Assembly (NCBI GenBank): GCA_965261395.1
Contig: OZ253462.1
Location: 5,888,001-5,952,000, forward strand
Length of the DNA stretch: 64,000 bases
DNA from: Candidatus Latescibacterota bacterium
GTDB lineage: Bacteria > Latescibacterota > UBA2968 > UBA8231
Direction of reading: 5' to 3'
Both the position numbers and the translations under genes were made by a program. The notes beneath the pieces are model-generated. The model was not told the origin of the DNA and did no database searches. It was given only the letters and a program-made list of their open reading frames with translations. Each line of letters starts with the position of its first letter. Position 1 is the stretch's first letter. Below, in pieces: positions 9,200 to 18,701 of the stretch.

Positions 9200-11608
9200 A
9201 TGATCAAATCACTTAGCCGCATGGGCACTTGGAAGACGTATTCCATAGACGATGGCCTCGCATCGCTGCGCATTGAACACATCGCCGAGGACCGCGAGGG
9301 TTCTATCTGGTTTGCCGCGTGGGACAACGGTGCCAGCCGCTTTGACGGAGATGAGTTCCAAAATTTCACTACACGGGACGGTCTTGTTCACGACCGGGTT
9401 TTCTTCATTCAAAAGGATCGTCAGGAGCGGTTGTGGTTTGGTACCTCAAAGGGGGTCTGCTGGTACGACGGTGCAGACTTCCACCCTTTGGAGGACGACG
9501 GCATTGCAGGGCGTTCCGTGCAGTTCATCTACGAGGATCGTCAGGGTCGTATCTGGTTCGGCGGCACCGGTACCCTAGGGTATTACGATGGCTCGGCTTT
9601 CCACGACTTAATTCCACGCTATCTCCAGCAGTACCAGCCGCCTCCCTCTCCTGAGTGGGGCAACTATTGTTGGGGCATCACCGAGGATCCGCAAGGCCAC
9701 CTGTGGTTTGGCTTTGACCTCCTTACCCGCTTCGATGGCGAATCCTTCCACCGCTACAACAAGGATGAGGGTTTTCCCCGAGCAGATAACAGTTATGTCG
9801 TGAGCCAGGACCATACCGGCAAGGTGTGGATCGGTCGTAATGATTGCCACGATAAACTCTGGTACTATGCCGATGGTACCTTCCAGTCTATTCGGGTAGA
9901 TTTGGATGGCAACCTGCGCAAGATTGTGTGCGACCGGGAAGGTCGGATGTGGTTATGCACCAAGCATGGGGCATTCTACCAAGACGGTGAGGGATTCAGC
10001 CGATTTACCCCTGCCGATGGCTTACCCCATCCCGCCGTCAAAGCCATGTTCCATGATCGCGAGCATCAATTTTGGTTTGCCACTTGGGGCGGCGTCGGGC
10101 GGTACGATGCGCATAGTATCCACGTTTTCGACCTTCGTGCGAACGCAAATAGAGACATGCGTGAAGTCTCGCAGATCGTGCAAGACCGGCAAGGTGATAT
10201 ATGGGTCGGGTATGCGTCTCCCCTTATCACCCGTAAGCTCAAAAGCGTCGCCCGCTTCGATGGCGAGCACTTTACATTTGTAGATGACGAAGAAGGCTCT
10301 GACATCGGCAACTGTTTTTCCATCTACGAGGACCTTGAGGGATACCTATGGTTCGGCGGCGGAAATGGTCTGTTCCGCTACGAAGGGCAGACGCTCAAAA
10401 AGAGGAGGATAGCGGCCGATTCAGACGAAGGGGGTGTCAGCAGCATTACTCAAGATGGGGAAGGAAGATTCATTTTCGGCTATTGGGAACACTATACCCT
10501 AAGAGATAGAAAAAAGCTTTTCACCAGCCCATTAAAAATCGTGTACCAGCAGGGTGAGCAGTTCCAAACCATTTTTACGGAGGACGACAAAAAAACACTT
10601 CGTAGCCGTATAGATACGGTGATTGCCACGAACAACAACGCAATCTATTTCCATTTGGCCAGTAGCGATGGCCCAGCGAGCGGCACTGGCTTCGCCCGCT
10701 GGCATCCTGAAGAGGGCCTTACATGGTATGGGGTTGAAGATGGGCTGATCGACAACGATGTCAACGACCTACTATTAGACCGCCATGACAACCTATGGAT
10801 CGCCACGCGGGGCGGTCTCAGTTGCTTTGACGGCAGCACCTTCCGCACCTTCACCACCGAAGACGGGCTGCCGGGCAACCACATCCACTGTTTGTTTGAG
10901 GATGCACAAGGGCACCTCTGGATCGGTACCGACAGGGGTATAGGTCTTCACGATGGTCGGCTTTTCCAGACCATCAAATCACCCCATATAGCACCGGTTT
11001 GCCGCATCCTCGAAGATCGCGACGGCACCTTCTGGTTGGGCACGGTCTTGGGTTCCATTATACGCTACCGGCCACAGCAAACACCGCCCCTGATTCGTCT
11101 AATCCGGGTTGCCACCGATCAGGTCTATGAGAACATAGAGGACGTCTGCTCCTCCACGGTGGGACAGCCGGTGGTCTTCGAGTACAAGGGCCTGAGTTTT
11201 TCCACCCATCCCCGCGACATGCTCTATGTGTACCGCTTGCAGGGATACGACCTCGACTGGTGTTCAGCGACCCGAGAGCTACGAGCCTGTTATCAAAACC
11301 TGCCGCGGGGAGACTACACTTTTCAAGTCCGAGCGATAGATCGGGACCTCAACTACTCGGTGACGGCGCAGGCGCAGCTTGCGGTAGAACCTGTAGAATC
11401 CGTTAGGGAGTTATCAGTTTCTCAAGGCCCCCAAATAGTGCCTCTACTTGAATTTGAACGCCGCTATATTCTCGAAGCACTCAAAACCACCAACTGGCAG
11501 GTAAAGGGGGCAAAAGGGGCGGCGGCTCTGCTGGGGGTGCCGCCTTCTACGCTGTACGGCAAAATGAGAAAGTTGGGTATTATAAACGTTCCTAAGAAGC
11601 GTTCTTAA
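9200..11608 (+). CDS. Two-component-regulator beta-propeller + Y_Y_Y domain + C-terminal Fis-type HTH
   Basis: Repeats DGL..(N/D).V..I.ED..G.LW.GT; YQNLPRGDYTFQVRAID; ERRYILEALKTTNWQVKGAKGAAALLGVPPSTLYGKMRKLGI. Start moved to ATG 9200. Confidence 0.85.
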   Translation: MIKSLSRMGTWKTYSIDDGLASLRIEHIAEDREGSIWFAAWDNGASRFDGDEFQNFTTRDGLVHDRVFFIQKDRQERLWFGTSKGVCWYDGADFHPLEDDGIAGRSVQFIYEDRQGRIWFGGTGTLGYYDGSAFHDLIPRYLQQYQPPPSPEWGNYCWGITEDPQGHLWFGFDLLTRFDGESFHRYNKDEGFPRADNSYVVSQDHTGKVWIGRNDCHDKLWYYADGTFQSIRVDLDGNLRKIVCDREGRMWLCTKHGAFYQDGEGFSRFTPADGLPHPAVKAMFHDREHQFWFATWGGVGRYDAHSIHVFDLRANANRDMREVSQIVQDRQGDIWVGYASPLITRKLKSVARFDGEHFTFVDDEEGSDIGNCFSIYEDLEGYLWFGGGNGLFRYEGQTLKKRRIAADSDEGGVSSITQDGEGRFIFGYWEHYTLRDRKKLFTSPLKIVYQQGEQFQTIFTEDDKKTLRSRIDTVIATNNNAIYFHLASSDGPASGTGFARWHPEEGLTWYGVEDGLIDNDVNDLLLDRHDNLWIATRGGLSCFDGSTFRTFTTEDGLPGNHIHCLFEDAQGHLWIGTDRGIGLHDGRLFQTIKSPHIAPVCRILEDRDGTFWLGTVLGSIIRYRPQQTPPLIRLIRVATDQVYENIEDVCSSTVGQPVVFEYKGLSFSTHPRDMLYVYRLQGYDLDWCSATRELRACYQNLPRGDYTFQVRAIDRDLNYSVTAQAQLAVEPVESVRELSVSQGPQIVPLLEFERRYILEALKTTNWQVKGAKGAAALLGVPPSTLYGKMRKLGIINVPKKRS

Positions 11609-11671
11609 AACTCTTTTCCCGCTTGCTTCCGGCTCGCCTTTGGTATCACCGGGCCATGCCACTTCTTCGCT

Positions 11672-12655
11672 CTACTCTCGAATGGTCTTATACAGCGCCC
11701 CTGCGGCTTTCATCTCCGCCGCAATCTCGCGCCGCAACTCGTCCGGTGCCAGCACCTCACACTCCGGCCCCCACCCGCGAATCCAAGACTTGATCTCCAA
11801 AACGTGATTGACCCGAAACGTCAGCGTACAGCGCCCGTCTGGGTCTTCCTCTTGGGCGATCACCCCCGGCCAGTCCGATTCTCGCACCCGATAGATCGCC
11901 TCCTTGGAAAACCGCACTTTCACCTCCACCTCCTCGTAGCCGCCCCGGACTCCCCAGGCGTGCTTGAGATACTCGTAAGGGTCAAAATCCGGCGGCTCGA
12001 AGTGGATGTCCAACACCTCGACCCGCTCCAACCGCTCGAGCTTGAACGAGCAGTTGGCTTGGCGAAAGTGATCGAACCCATACACATAGCAGGAATAGCC
12101 AATAAAGGACGGCTCGATGAAAAAGGGATCGAACAGGCGCTTTGAGCGCGCCCCAGAGATGGGATCTCGATAGGTGAGCTGCACCTGTCGCCGGCTGGCC
12201 CAAGCGCGGATCAACCCTTTCAACACGTCCAGATACTTCGACGCAGGCTGCCTTTGGGACACGGCCTCGGCCGCACGCTCAACGTGCTCCCCAATCGCCT
12301 CGGGCAAAACCTCGGCCAGCTTGAGCAGGGAGGCGACCATGTGCGGATTGTGCTTGTCGCTGTAGGCCGACAGCATCCGCGCTGCCAAGTAGAGTGCGAG
12401 GGCTTCGTCTAAGTTCAACTCGATGCGAAGCAGATTTAGGTGCCCACCCTCGACTAGCTTCCAGACCCGGCCCTGCCGGTACACGGGCAGCCGCCCCCGC
12501 TCGGATAATTCTATCACATAGCGCCGGGCCGTCCGCTGACTCACGCCTAATAGCTGGGCGATTTCTCTGGTACCCACTCCTTCGGGCCGCCGCAGGAATA
12601 GTACTCTGATTTGTTCGAGCCGATCCCCCTTGTGGATGGCATCAGTTATGGGCAT
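11672..12655 (-). CDS. wHTH-WYL-WCX transcriptional regulator, copy 2
   Basis: Near-identical paralog of 6457-7425; start set at MPITDAIHK (12655) by homology and RBS GGAG. Confidence 0.92.
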   Translation of the reverse strand: MPITDAIHKGDRLEQIRVLFLRRPEGVGTREIAQLLGVSQRTARRYVIELSERGRLPVYRQGRVWKLVEGGHLNLLRIELNLDEALALYLAARMLSAYSDKHNPHMVASLLKLAEVLPEAIGEHVERAAEAVSQRQPASKYLDVLKGLIRAWASRRQVQLTYRDPISGARSKRLFDPFFIEPSFIGYSCYVYGFDHFRQANCSFKLERLERVEVLDIHFEPPDFDPYEYLKHAWGVRGGYEEVEVKVRFSKEAIYRVRESDWPGVIAQEEDPDGRCTLTFRVNHVLEIKSWIRGWGPECEVLAPDELRREIAAEMKAAGALYKTIRE

Positions 12656-12720
12656 GACTCCATTCTCCAGCGAATAAAGATAAACTTTAATCGGACAGGG
12701 AATGTCCTTTCCGTTAAAAA
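12653..12720 (-). promoter_or_regulatory. Conserved operator/promoter element, copy 2
   Basis: Minus strand TTTTTAACGGAAAGGACATTCCCTGTCCGATTAAAGTTTATCTTTATTCGCTGGAGAATGGAGTCATG. Confidence 0.8.
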
Positions 12721-12860
12721 ATTCATAAAAGAGAGAGTTGTCAACAAAAAGGTCCATATATGGTAAAAATGGTCCATATGTGGTCCTTGCAAAAAGAACG
12801 ATATACCATTCCTAATAAAAACAACTAAATGTGTCACATATTTTTTAGGGGCAACCAATG

Positions 12861-12985
12861 GGTCGGACAGAGCAAGGGCCTGCGTCATTTCCAAACCAGA
12901 CTCATGGAGGTGGTGCCAAACCGATGCAGATCAAACAGCCGCACCTGCACGCCAACGGCTAGTAATCGGCCTAATAATCTGCACG
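12861..12985 (-). pseudogene. Degenerate remnant of the 5' part of a 16442-18628-type gene
   Basis: tcaaacagccgcacctg, ggtggtgcc and aatcggccta(a/t)aatctg-like segments match 18390-18530 and 18679-18700. Confidence 0.6.
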
Positions 12986-15900
12986 TTACCGCAGCAGGAT
13001 AAGCTTGCGCGTCAAAACGGTCTCTTCCGTCATCAGCCTGTATAGGTACATGCCGCTGGCCACGGGGCGACCCGCGTCGTCACGACCATTCCAGTGCAGC
13101 CGGTGGTAACCCGCCTGCTGCAGCCCTTGCTGCAAGACCGCCACCCGTTGTCCGGTCAGTGCGAACACTTCCACGCTCGCCGGACTAGGCGCGTGCAAGA
13201 AATAGGCAAGAACCGTCTGGCTGTTGAACGGATTGGGCGCGTTTTGCGCCAACTGCGGGTTGTCGGGCAGAGCCACCCGCTTGCCACCCCCCAAAAAAGC
13301 GTCGAAGAGACTAACCAAGGGCGACTCCTGCCCGGTAGCGGTAAAGGTCCCCGGCTCCAGCCCCTCCACAATGGCCGAAACCGCGTTGGTCCCAGGCTCA
13401 CTGCCCAGCGTCAGTCTGGTAGCAGCGCGGCCGTTGGCATTGGTGGTGGCGGTGGCAGCCGACAGCGTCCCCCCACCAGCGGTGACCGTAAACGACACCA
13501 CCACCCCGGCCATTGCCGTACCCTCTTCATCCGACACTAAAACCACAAACGGCTCGTCCAGTAGTATGCCGGCCGTGCCCTCTTGGCTATCGCCGCAGAC
13601 CTTCGCCAGACTATGGGGCATTGCTTGCTCGGCAGCAGTAGCGGTAAAGGTCACCGGTTCCAGCCCCTCAACCGTGGCCGAAACCGTGTTGGTCCCCGGC
13701 TCGCTGCCCAGCGTCAGCCGAGTTGCGGCTTGGCCGTTGGCATCGGTGGTAGCGGTGGTGGACGACGTAGATGATTCAATAGTACAAGGGTCGGCATCGG
13801 TGGTGGACGACAGCAGCCCGCCGCCAGCGGTCACTGAAAAGGTGACGGTCGCCCCGGCAAGGGGTGAGCTAGCTTGATCCAACACCGAAACGACAAACGG
13901 CGTGGCTAGTTTTGTGCTAGCCGGGCCTTCTTGGCTATCGCCGGAGACCTTGGTCAGACTATGGGGCGTTTGCTCGATGGCCGTAGCGGTAAAAGTCTCA
14001 GGTTCAAGCCCGGCGACGGTGGCCGCAACGGTGTTGGTCCCCGGCTCGCTGCCCAGCGTCAGCGTGCTTCTGGCTTGGCCGCTGGTATTGGTAGTAGCGG
14101 TGGCAGCCGACAGCGTCCCTCCGCCGGCAGTGACCGAAAAGGTGACGACCGCCCCGGCAATCGCCGTGCCATCCTCATCCAGCACCGAAACGACAAATGG
14201 CGTGGCCAATTGCTCGCCGGCCAGGCCCTGTTGATTGTCGCCGGAGAGTTTCCTCAGCGTGTGAGGACGGGACTCCTGTTGCTCATCGCCGGAGGTTTCC
14301 ACCACCGTGTGAGGACGAGACCCCATCCACTCCGATACATCCCACAGTGCGATCATGCCAGGTGCCCCGCCCGGCAAGCCTGACCCGGAGGCGAGCGTGG
14401 CATCGTCGCCAAGAAACACTACCGAACGGACCTCACCCGTGTTCGGAAAAACGACGAGCTTTTGGCGTCTCAATACATCCCACAGTATGACCCTGCCGTC
14501 TTTTGACCCGGAAGCCAGGAGGGTCCCGTCGGGCGAAAACGCTACCGAAGTGACGTTCTTCGTATGCTCCTCTAGGATGCCGATCTGTGCGCGACTCGCA
14601 ACATCCAACAGCCTGACCGTATCATCGGACATCCCCGTTGCCAGGAGGGCACCGTCGGGCGAAAACGCCATCGAACGGACCTTATCCATAGTCAGGCTGC
14701 CGACCTTTGTGCGGCTCGCCACGTCCCAAAGCTCCGCGCCATCACTCGACCCCGTTGCCAAGAGGGCACCGTCAGGCGAAAATGCCACCGAATGGACTGC
14801 ATCTATAGACAGGCTACTGACCTTTGTGCGGCTCGCCACGTCCCAAAGCTCCGCGCCATCACGCGACCCGGAAGCCAAGAGGGCACCGTCGGGAGAAAAC
14901 GCCACCGAACGCACCCAATTCGTATGCCCTTTTAGGCTGCCGACCTTTGTGCGGCTCACCACGTCCCAAAGCAGAATCGTGCCGTCACGAGATCCGGAAG
15001 CCAGAAGGGCACCATTACGCGAAAACGCCATTGCCCAGACCCCATCCGTATGCCCTTCCAAGGTGGCGATTTCTTCTCGGCTCGCCACGTTCCACAGCCT
15101 GACCGTGGTATCTCTTGACTTGTCAGCAGTTCCCGCTCCGGAGGCTAGAATGCCCCCGTCGGGGGAAACCGCCATCGCCCAGACTCCATCCGTATGCCCT
15201 TCCAAGGTGGCAATGTGGTACGGGGAGATCTCTACAAGAACGAACTCCGTCTCGCCCACATCTCCCTCGGTATCAACTACTCTGATCTCAATCGGATGTG
15301 CAATCGGATCGGAGAGACTTGAGACAAAGGAAGAGGGAATGCTGCCGTCATAGTCGAATTCAACGAGGGTATCTCTCTCGCCTGACAACCCACGACACGC
15401 CTTGACTTCGAGAGTATTAATGCCAAATTCCCCCCTCGTGGGAGCGAACAGAAACACTTGGTGAAGCCCTTCCGAATCGCCGACTTTGAGTCGAATGGAG
15501 ACGCTCTCCGAGCCGGCCGGATAGGCGCGCGGCGATATGAGTTCGACGGTCGGTGGCAGTGTCCCATGAATTGGGCTGTCGGGATTGAAATAGGGATGCA
15601 CGGACAAAAATTCGGCAGCGCACGCAGATAACTGATCCGGTGTCCAGCCATACGACATGATGTACGCATCATCGCGGAAATCGTGATGCAAGCCGAAAGC
15701 ATGCCCCAATTCGTGGGCCACGATTATGAAGTCCACACTTTCAGATACGAACGCAAAGCCACCTTTCTTGTTGTACCGTGTTCCGATTCCTCCACCCATG
15801 CTAGCGTCGACGAGATGAAGTAAATGTTCTCTTGGAAATCGAACATCCGAATCTCATCTCTACTATAGAGGGGGTTTTGATAGTAGCTGTCGGGATGTTG

Positions 15901-16290
15901 CCCGTCGACGCGATGCACCAGCGGCTCGCCCTGCGCATCTGTCTCAAAACGGAAGGTTTTATTACCGTAGCCGTGTGCCTGCATCTGCTCGGCATAGAAG
16001 GTCTGAACCTGGCTAATCACCACTTTCATTTCATCAACCATTTCTTGACGATACGGCCGGTCATTGGGCAAAAAGTAGATCATCCGCACCGTGCGCGGCT
16101 CTCCCACGTTGAGGTCCTCCAGCCGCTTGGCCGCAGGTCGGGGGTGACCGCGCCGCCACTGTTCGTAGTCGTCGAAGGCGCAGAAATGCACACTATCGGC
16201 TGGCGGGGACGACGCATGGGCCAGCACCAGCGGCGAGAGAATGAGGCCGATTAACGCGAAAAGAGCGGAATGACGAACTGGAGTTTTCAT
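12986..16290 (-). CDS. Secreted zinc metalloprotease + WD40 propeller + 3 Big_1 Ig-like + FlgD-type C-terminal domain; frameshifted near 15813 (pseudogene or sequencing error)
   Basis: ORFs 15724-16290 and 12986-15799 together form one homolog of the N-terminus of the 1-6335 protein. HELGHAFGLHH; LEGHTDGVWAMAFS..G.LLASGS.D WD40 repeats; LAQNAPNPFNSQT...TRKLILLR tail. Confidence 0.8.
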
Positions 16291-16336
16291 GGGTTCAGCC
16301 TCCTGTAATTTCGATTTGCGTCCATGTCAGTGTCGG

Positions 16337-16404
16337 CATGGCTCAATCCTCCGTCAGATAAATATAAACCCGAAGCGGTCAGGGAATGTCCGTTATTTAA
16401 AAAA
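16337..16404 (-). promoter_or_regulatory. Conserved operator/promoter element, copy 3 (followed by 14-aa mini-ORF 16295-16339)
   Basis: Minus strand TTTTAAATAACGGACATTCCCTGACCGCTTCGGGTTTATATTTATCTGACGGAGGATTGAGCCATGCC; same spacing as the other copies. Confidence 0.75.
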
Positions 16405-16441
16405 TTAGGGCATTAAAGCGTATTGCGTCTCGGAGACTGAC

Positions 16442-18628
16442 CTAGTCGGCGGCCATCACATAGACCTCTGTGTTGCCATCGCGATTGGACAAGAAGGCGA
16501 GGCGCTGGCCATCTGGAGCCCAAACAGGAGACCAGTCGTCACCGACGTTCTGCGTGAGGTTGGTGGAGTTGGTGCCGTCGGCGTCCATGACATAGACCTC
16601 TGTGTTGCCGTCGCGATTGGACAAGAAGACGAGGCGTTGGCCGTCGGGAGCCCAAACAGGAGCCCACTCACCGCTGAAGTGGTATGTGAGGCTAGTTGGG
16701 TCGGTGCCGTCGGCAGCCATGACATAGACCTCTGTGTTGCCGTCGCGATTGGACTCGAACACAATGCGTTGGCCATCGGAAGACCAAACAGGATTCCCGT
16801 CGATGCCAGCGTCTTGTGTGAGGTTGGTCAGGTCGCTGCCGTCGGCGGCCATGACATAGACTTCCGCGTTGCCGTCGCGATTGGACGTAAACGCGATGTG
16901 TTGACCATCGGGAGACCAAACAGGAGCCCAGTCGTCGCCCGCGCTCTGGGTGAGGTTGGTGGGATCGGTACCGTCGGCGTCCATGACATAGACCTCTGTG
17001 TTGCCATCTCGATTGGACGTGAAGGCGAGGCGTTGGCCGTCGGGAGACCAAACAGGAGCCCAGTCGTCGCCCGTGCTCTGGGTGAGGTTGGTGGGATCGG
17101 TGCCGTCGGCGTCCATGACATAGACCTCTGTGTTGCCGTCGCGCTCAGACGTGAATGCGAGGCGTTGGCCGTCGGGAGACCAAACGATATTCCACCCGTC
17201 GGTGTCGGCGTTCTGGGTGAGGTTAGTTGGGTTGGTGCCGTCGGCGTCCATGACATAGACCTCTGTGTTGCCATCGCGACTGGACGCGAAGGCGAGGCGT
17301 TGACCGTCGGGAGACCAAACAGGAGCCCAGTCGTCACTGGCGTTCTGGGTGAGGTTAGTTGCGATGTTGCTAGCGCTGCTGAGACTCCGCACATCAAGCG
17401 TATAGTCTGTCGTCGATCTGTACGCCTCTATATGGATGTAGTAAGTACCTGAACTGACAGGAACAAGAATTTGGAAATTGAAGCCCGCAGCGGAGTTGCC
17501 GTCCCTAGCCAAGACGTTGCCAGAGCTATCAAAAATGAAGGTGTAGGCACCCATGCTACTCGTCACAGAAGCCGACAAGACGCCCGCAGTGTTCATCTCA
17601 AGGCGAAAATAATCCACATCACCCTCCGATATCGAGCCAACAGTCGAACTCCCCAAAGGCACCTCCGTCGCCTCAGAGAGCGTGTCGCCATGATCATCGC
17701 CGATCAGCGGCAACGTCGGATCGGACGGATTGTCGGTGTAGCGGACGAGGAGCAAGAGATCGGCTAAATCGACCGTGCCATCGTTGTTTATATCGCCGAG
17801 GGAAATGTCGCCGTTGTTGGGAAGAATAATGGAGGAGTCTGCTATAACATATAATAGTACATACAGCACATCCGAGATATCGACTTGCCCATCGTTGTTC
17901 ACATCCCCTAATAACCCGCCCGCAGCCACCTTCATCCGTGGGATACCGCCGTGCTCTTCGATCACAAGGTCCGCCTCGTCAATCCCCATCCGAAAAGCCG
18001 GGTTCACATACGCAACCAAACCCTCGCCCGAGACCGTCAGCCCATAGACCGAGCCATCCGCTGCCACTAAATCCTCGACCGCCGACCGCACCGGCCCCGC
18101 CGGAATCCCCGCCTGCCCATCCACCAACACCATCCGCCGACTCTCCGTCTGATCATTGCTGCTCAGCCGGTAGATATACACCCCTGCGCCCACGGCTCGC
18201 CCCGCTGCATCCGTAGCATCCCATTGCGCCATATGCACCCCTGCCGACCTCACCCCATCCACTAACGTCGCCAGACGCTGACCCAGCAGGTTGAACACTT
18301 CCAGCCGCACATGGCCAGCCACCGGCAGTTGGTAGGGAATGACGGTCGAAGGATTGAACGGATTGGGGTAATTCTGCCCCAGCGCAAAGTCGGTCGGCAG
18401 AGCTGTGCCCCTTGCCCTAGAGAGTGCTCGCAGCGGCAGCGCGAAATGCCCGGTCTCGTCCGTGGTGGTGCCGACGAACCGGCGCAGATCGGTCAAATCA
18501 AACAGCCGCACCTGTGCGCCAATGGCTGGCTGCCCAGACGACAGTCGCACCCGGCCTTCAAGGAGAGATTCTGCGCCGACGCTGACGCTCAGCACCAATC
18601 CGATGAAACTACCGATCAAATACTTCAC
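16442..18628 (-). CDS. Secreted protein: internal FlgD-like domain, dockerin/EF-hand pair, PPC-like domain, TolB/PD40 beta-propeller
   Basis: Signal peptide; LGQNYPNPFNPST; GDVNNDGQVDISD and GDINNDGTVDLAD; seven P.WSPDGQRLAF.S.RDGNTEVYVM repeats. Confidence 0.88.
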   Translation of the reverse strand: MKYLIGSFIGLVLSVSVGAESLLEGRVRLSSGQPAIGAQVRLFDLTDLRRFVGTTTDETGHFALPLRALSRARGTALPTDFALGQNYPNPFNPSTVIPYQLPVAGHVRLEVFNLLGQRLATLVDGVRSAGVHMAQWDATDAAGRAVGAGVYIYRLSSNDQTESRRMVLVDGQAGIPAGPVRSAVEDLVAADGSVYGLTVSGEGLVAYVNPAFRMGIDEADLVIEEHGGIPRMKVAAGGLLGDVNNDGQVDISDVLYVLLYVIADSSIILPNNGDISLGDINNDGTVDLADLLLLVRYTDNPSDPTLPLIGDDHGDTLSEATEVPLGSSTVGSISEGDVDYFRLEMNTAGVLSASVTSSMGAYTFIFDSSGNVLARDGNSAAGFNFQILVPVSSGTYYIHIEAYRSTTDYTLDVRSLSSASNIATNLTQNASDDWAPVWSPDGQRLAFASSRDGNTEVYVMDADGTNPTNLTQNADTDGWNIVWSPDGQRLAFTSERDGNTEVYVMDADGTDPTNLTQSTGDDWAPVWSPDGQRLAFTSNRDGNTEVYVMDADGTDPTNLTQSAGDDWAPVWSPDGQHIAFTSNRDGNAEVYVMAADGSDLTNLTQDAGIDGNPVWSSDGQRIVFESNRDGNTEVYVMAADGTDPTSLTYHFSGEWAPVWAPDGQRLVFLSNRDGNTEVYVMDADGTNSTNLTQNVGDDWSPVWAPDGQRLAFLSNRDGNTEVYVMAAD

Positions 18629-18701
18629 AGGTCATACTCCTTGTTGAATGGTTGATTGTCTTCCGACGAGTAGAAAGCAATCGGCCTAAAAATCTGTCAA
18701 G

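Noticed and set aside
6457-12655. WYL genes as markers of an adjacent anti-phage defence operon (BREX/CBASS/RM)
   Set aside because: No nuclease, ATPase, methylase or cyclase genes were recognised near either copy in this window.
12656-12757. N-terminal extension of WYL copy 2 in the ORF track
   Set aside because: It runs through the conserved promoter element, and the paralog starts at MPITD.
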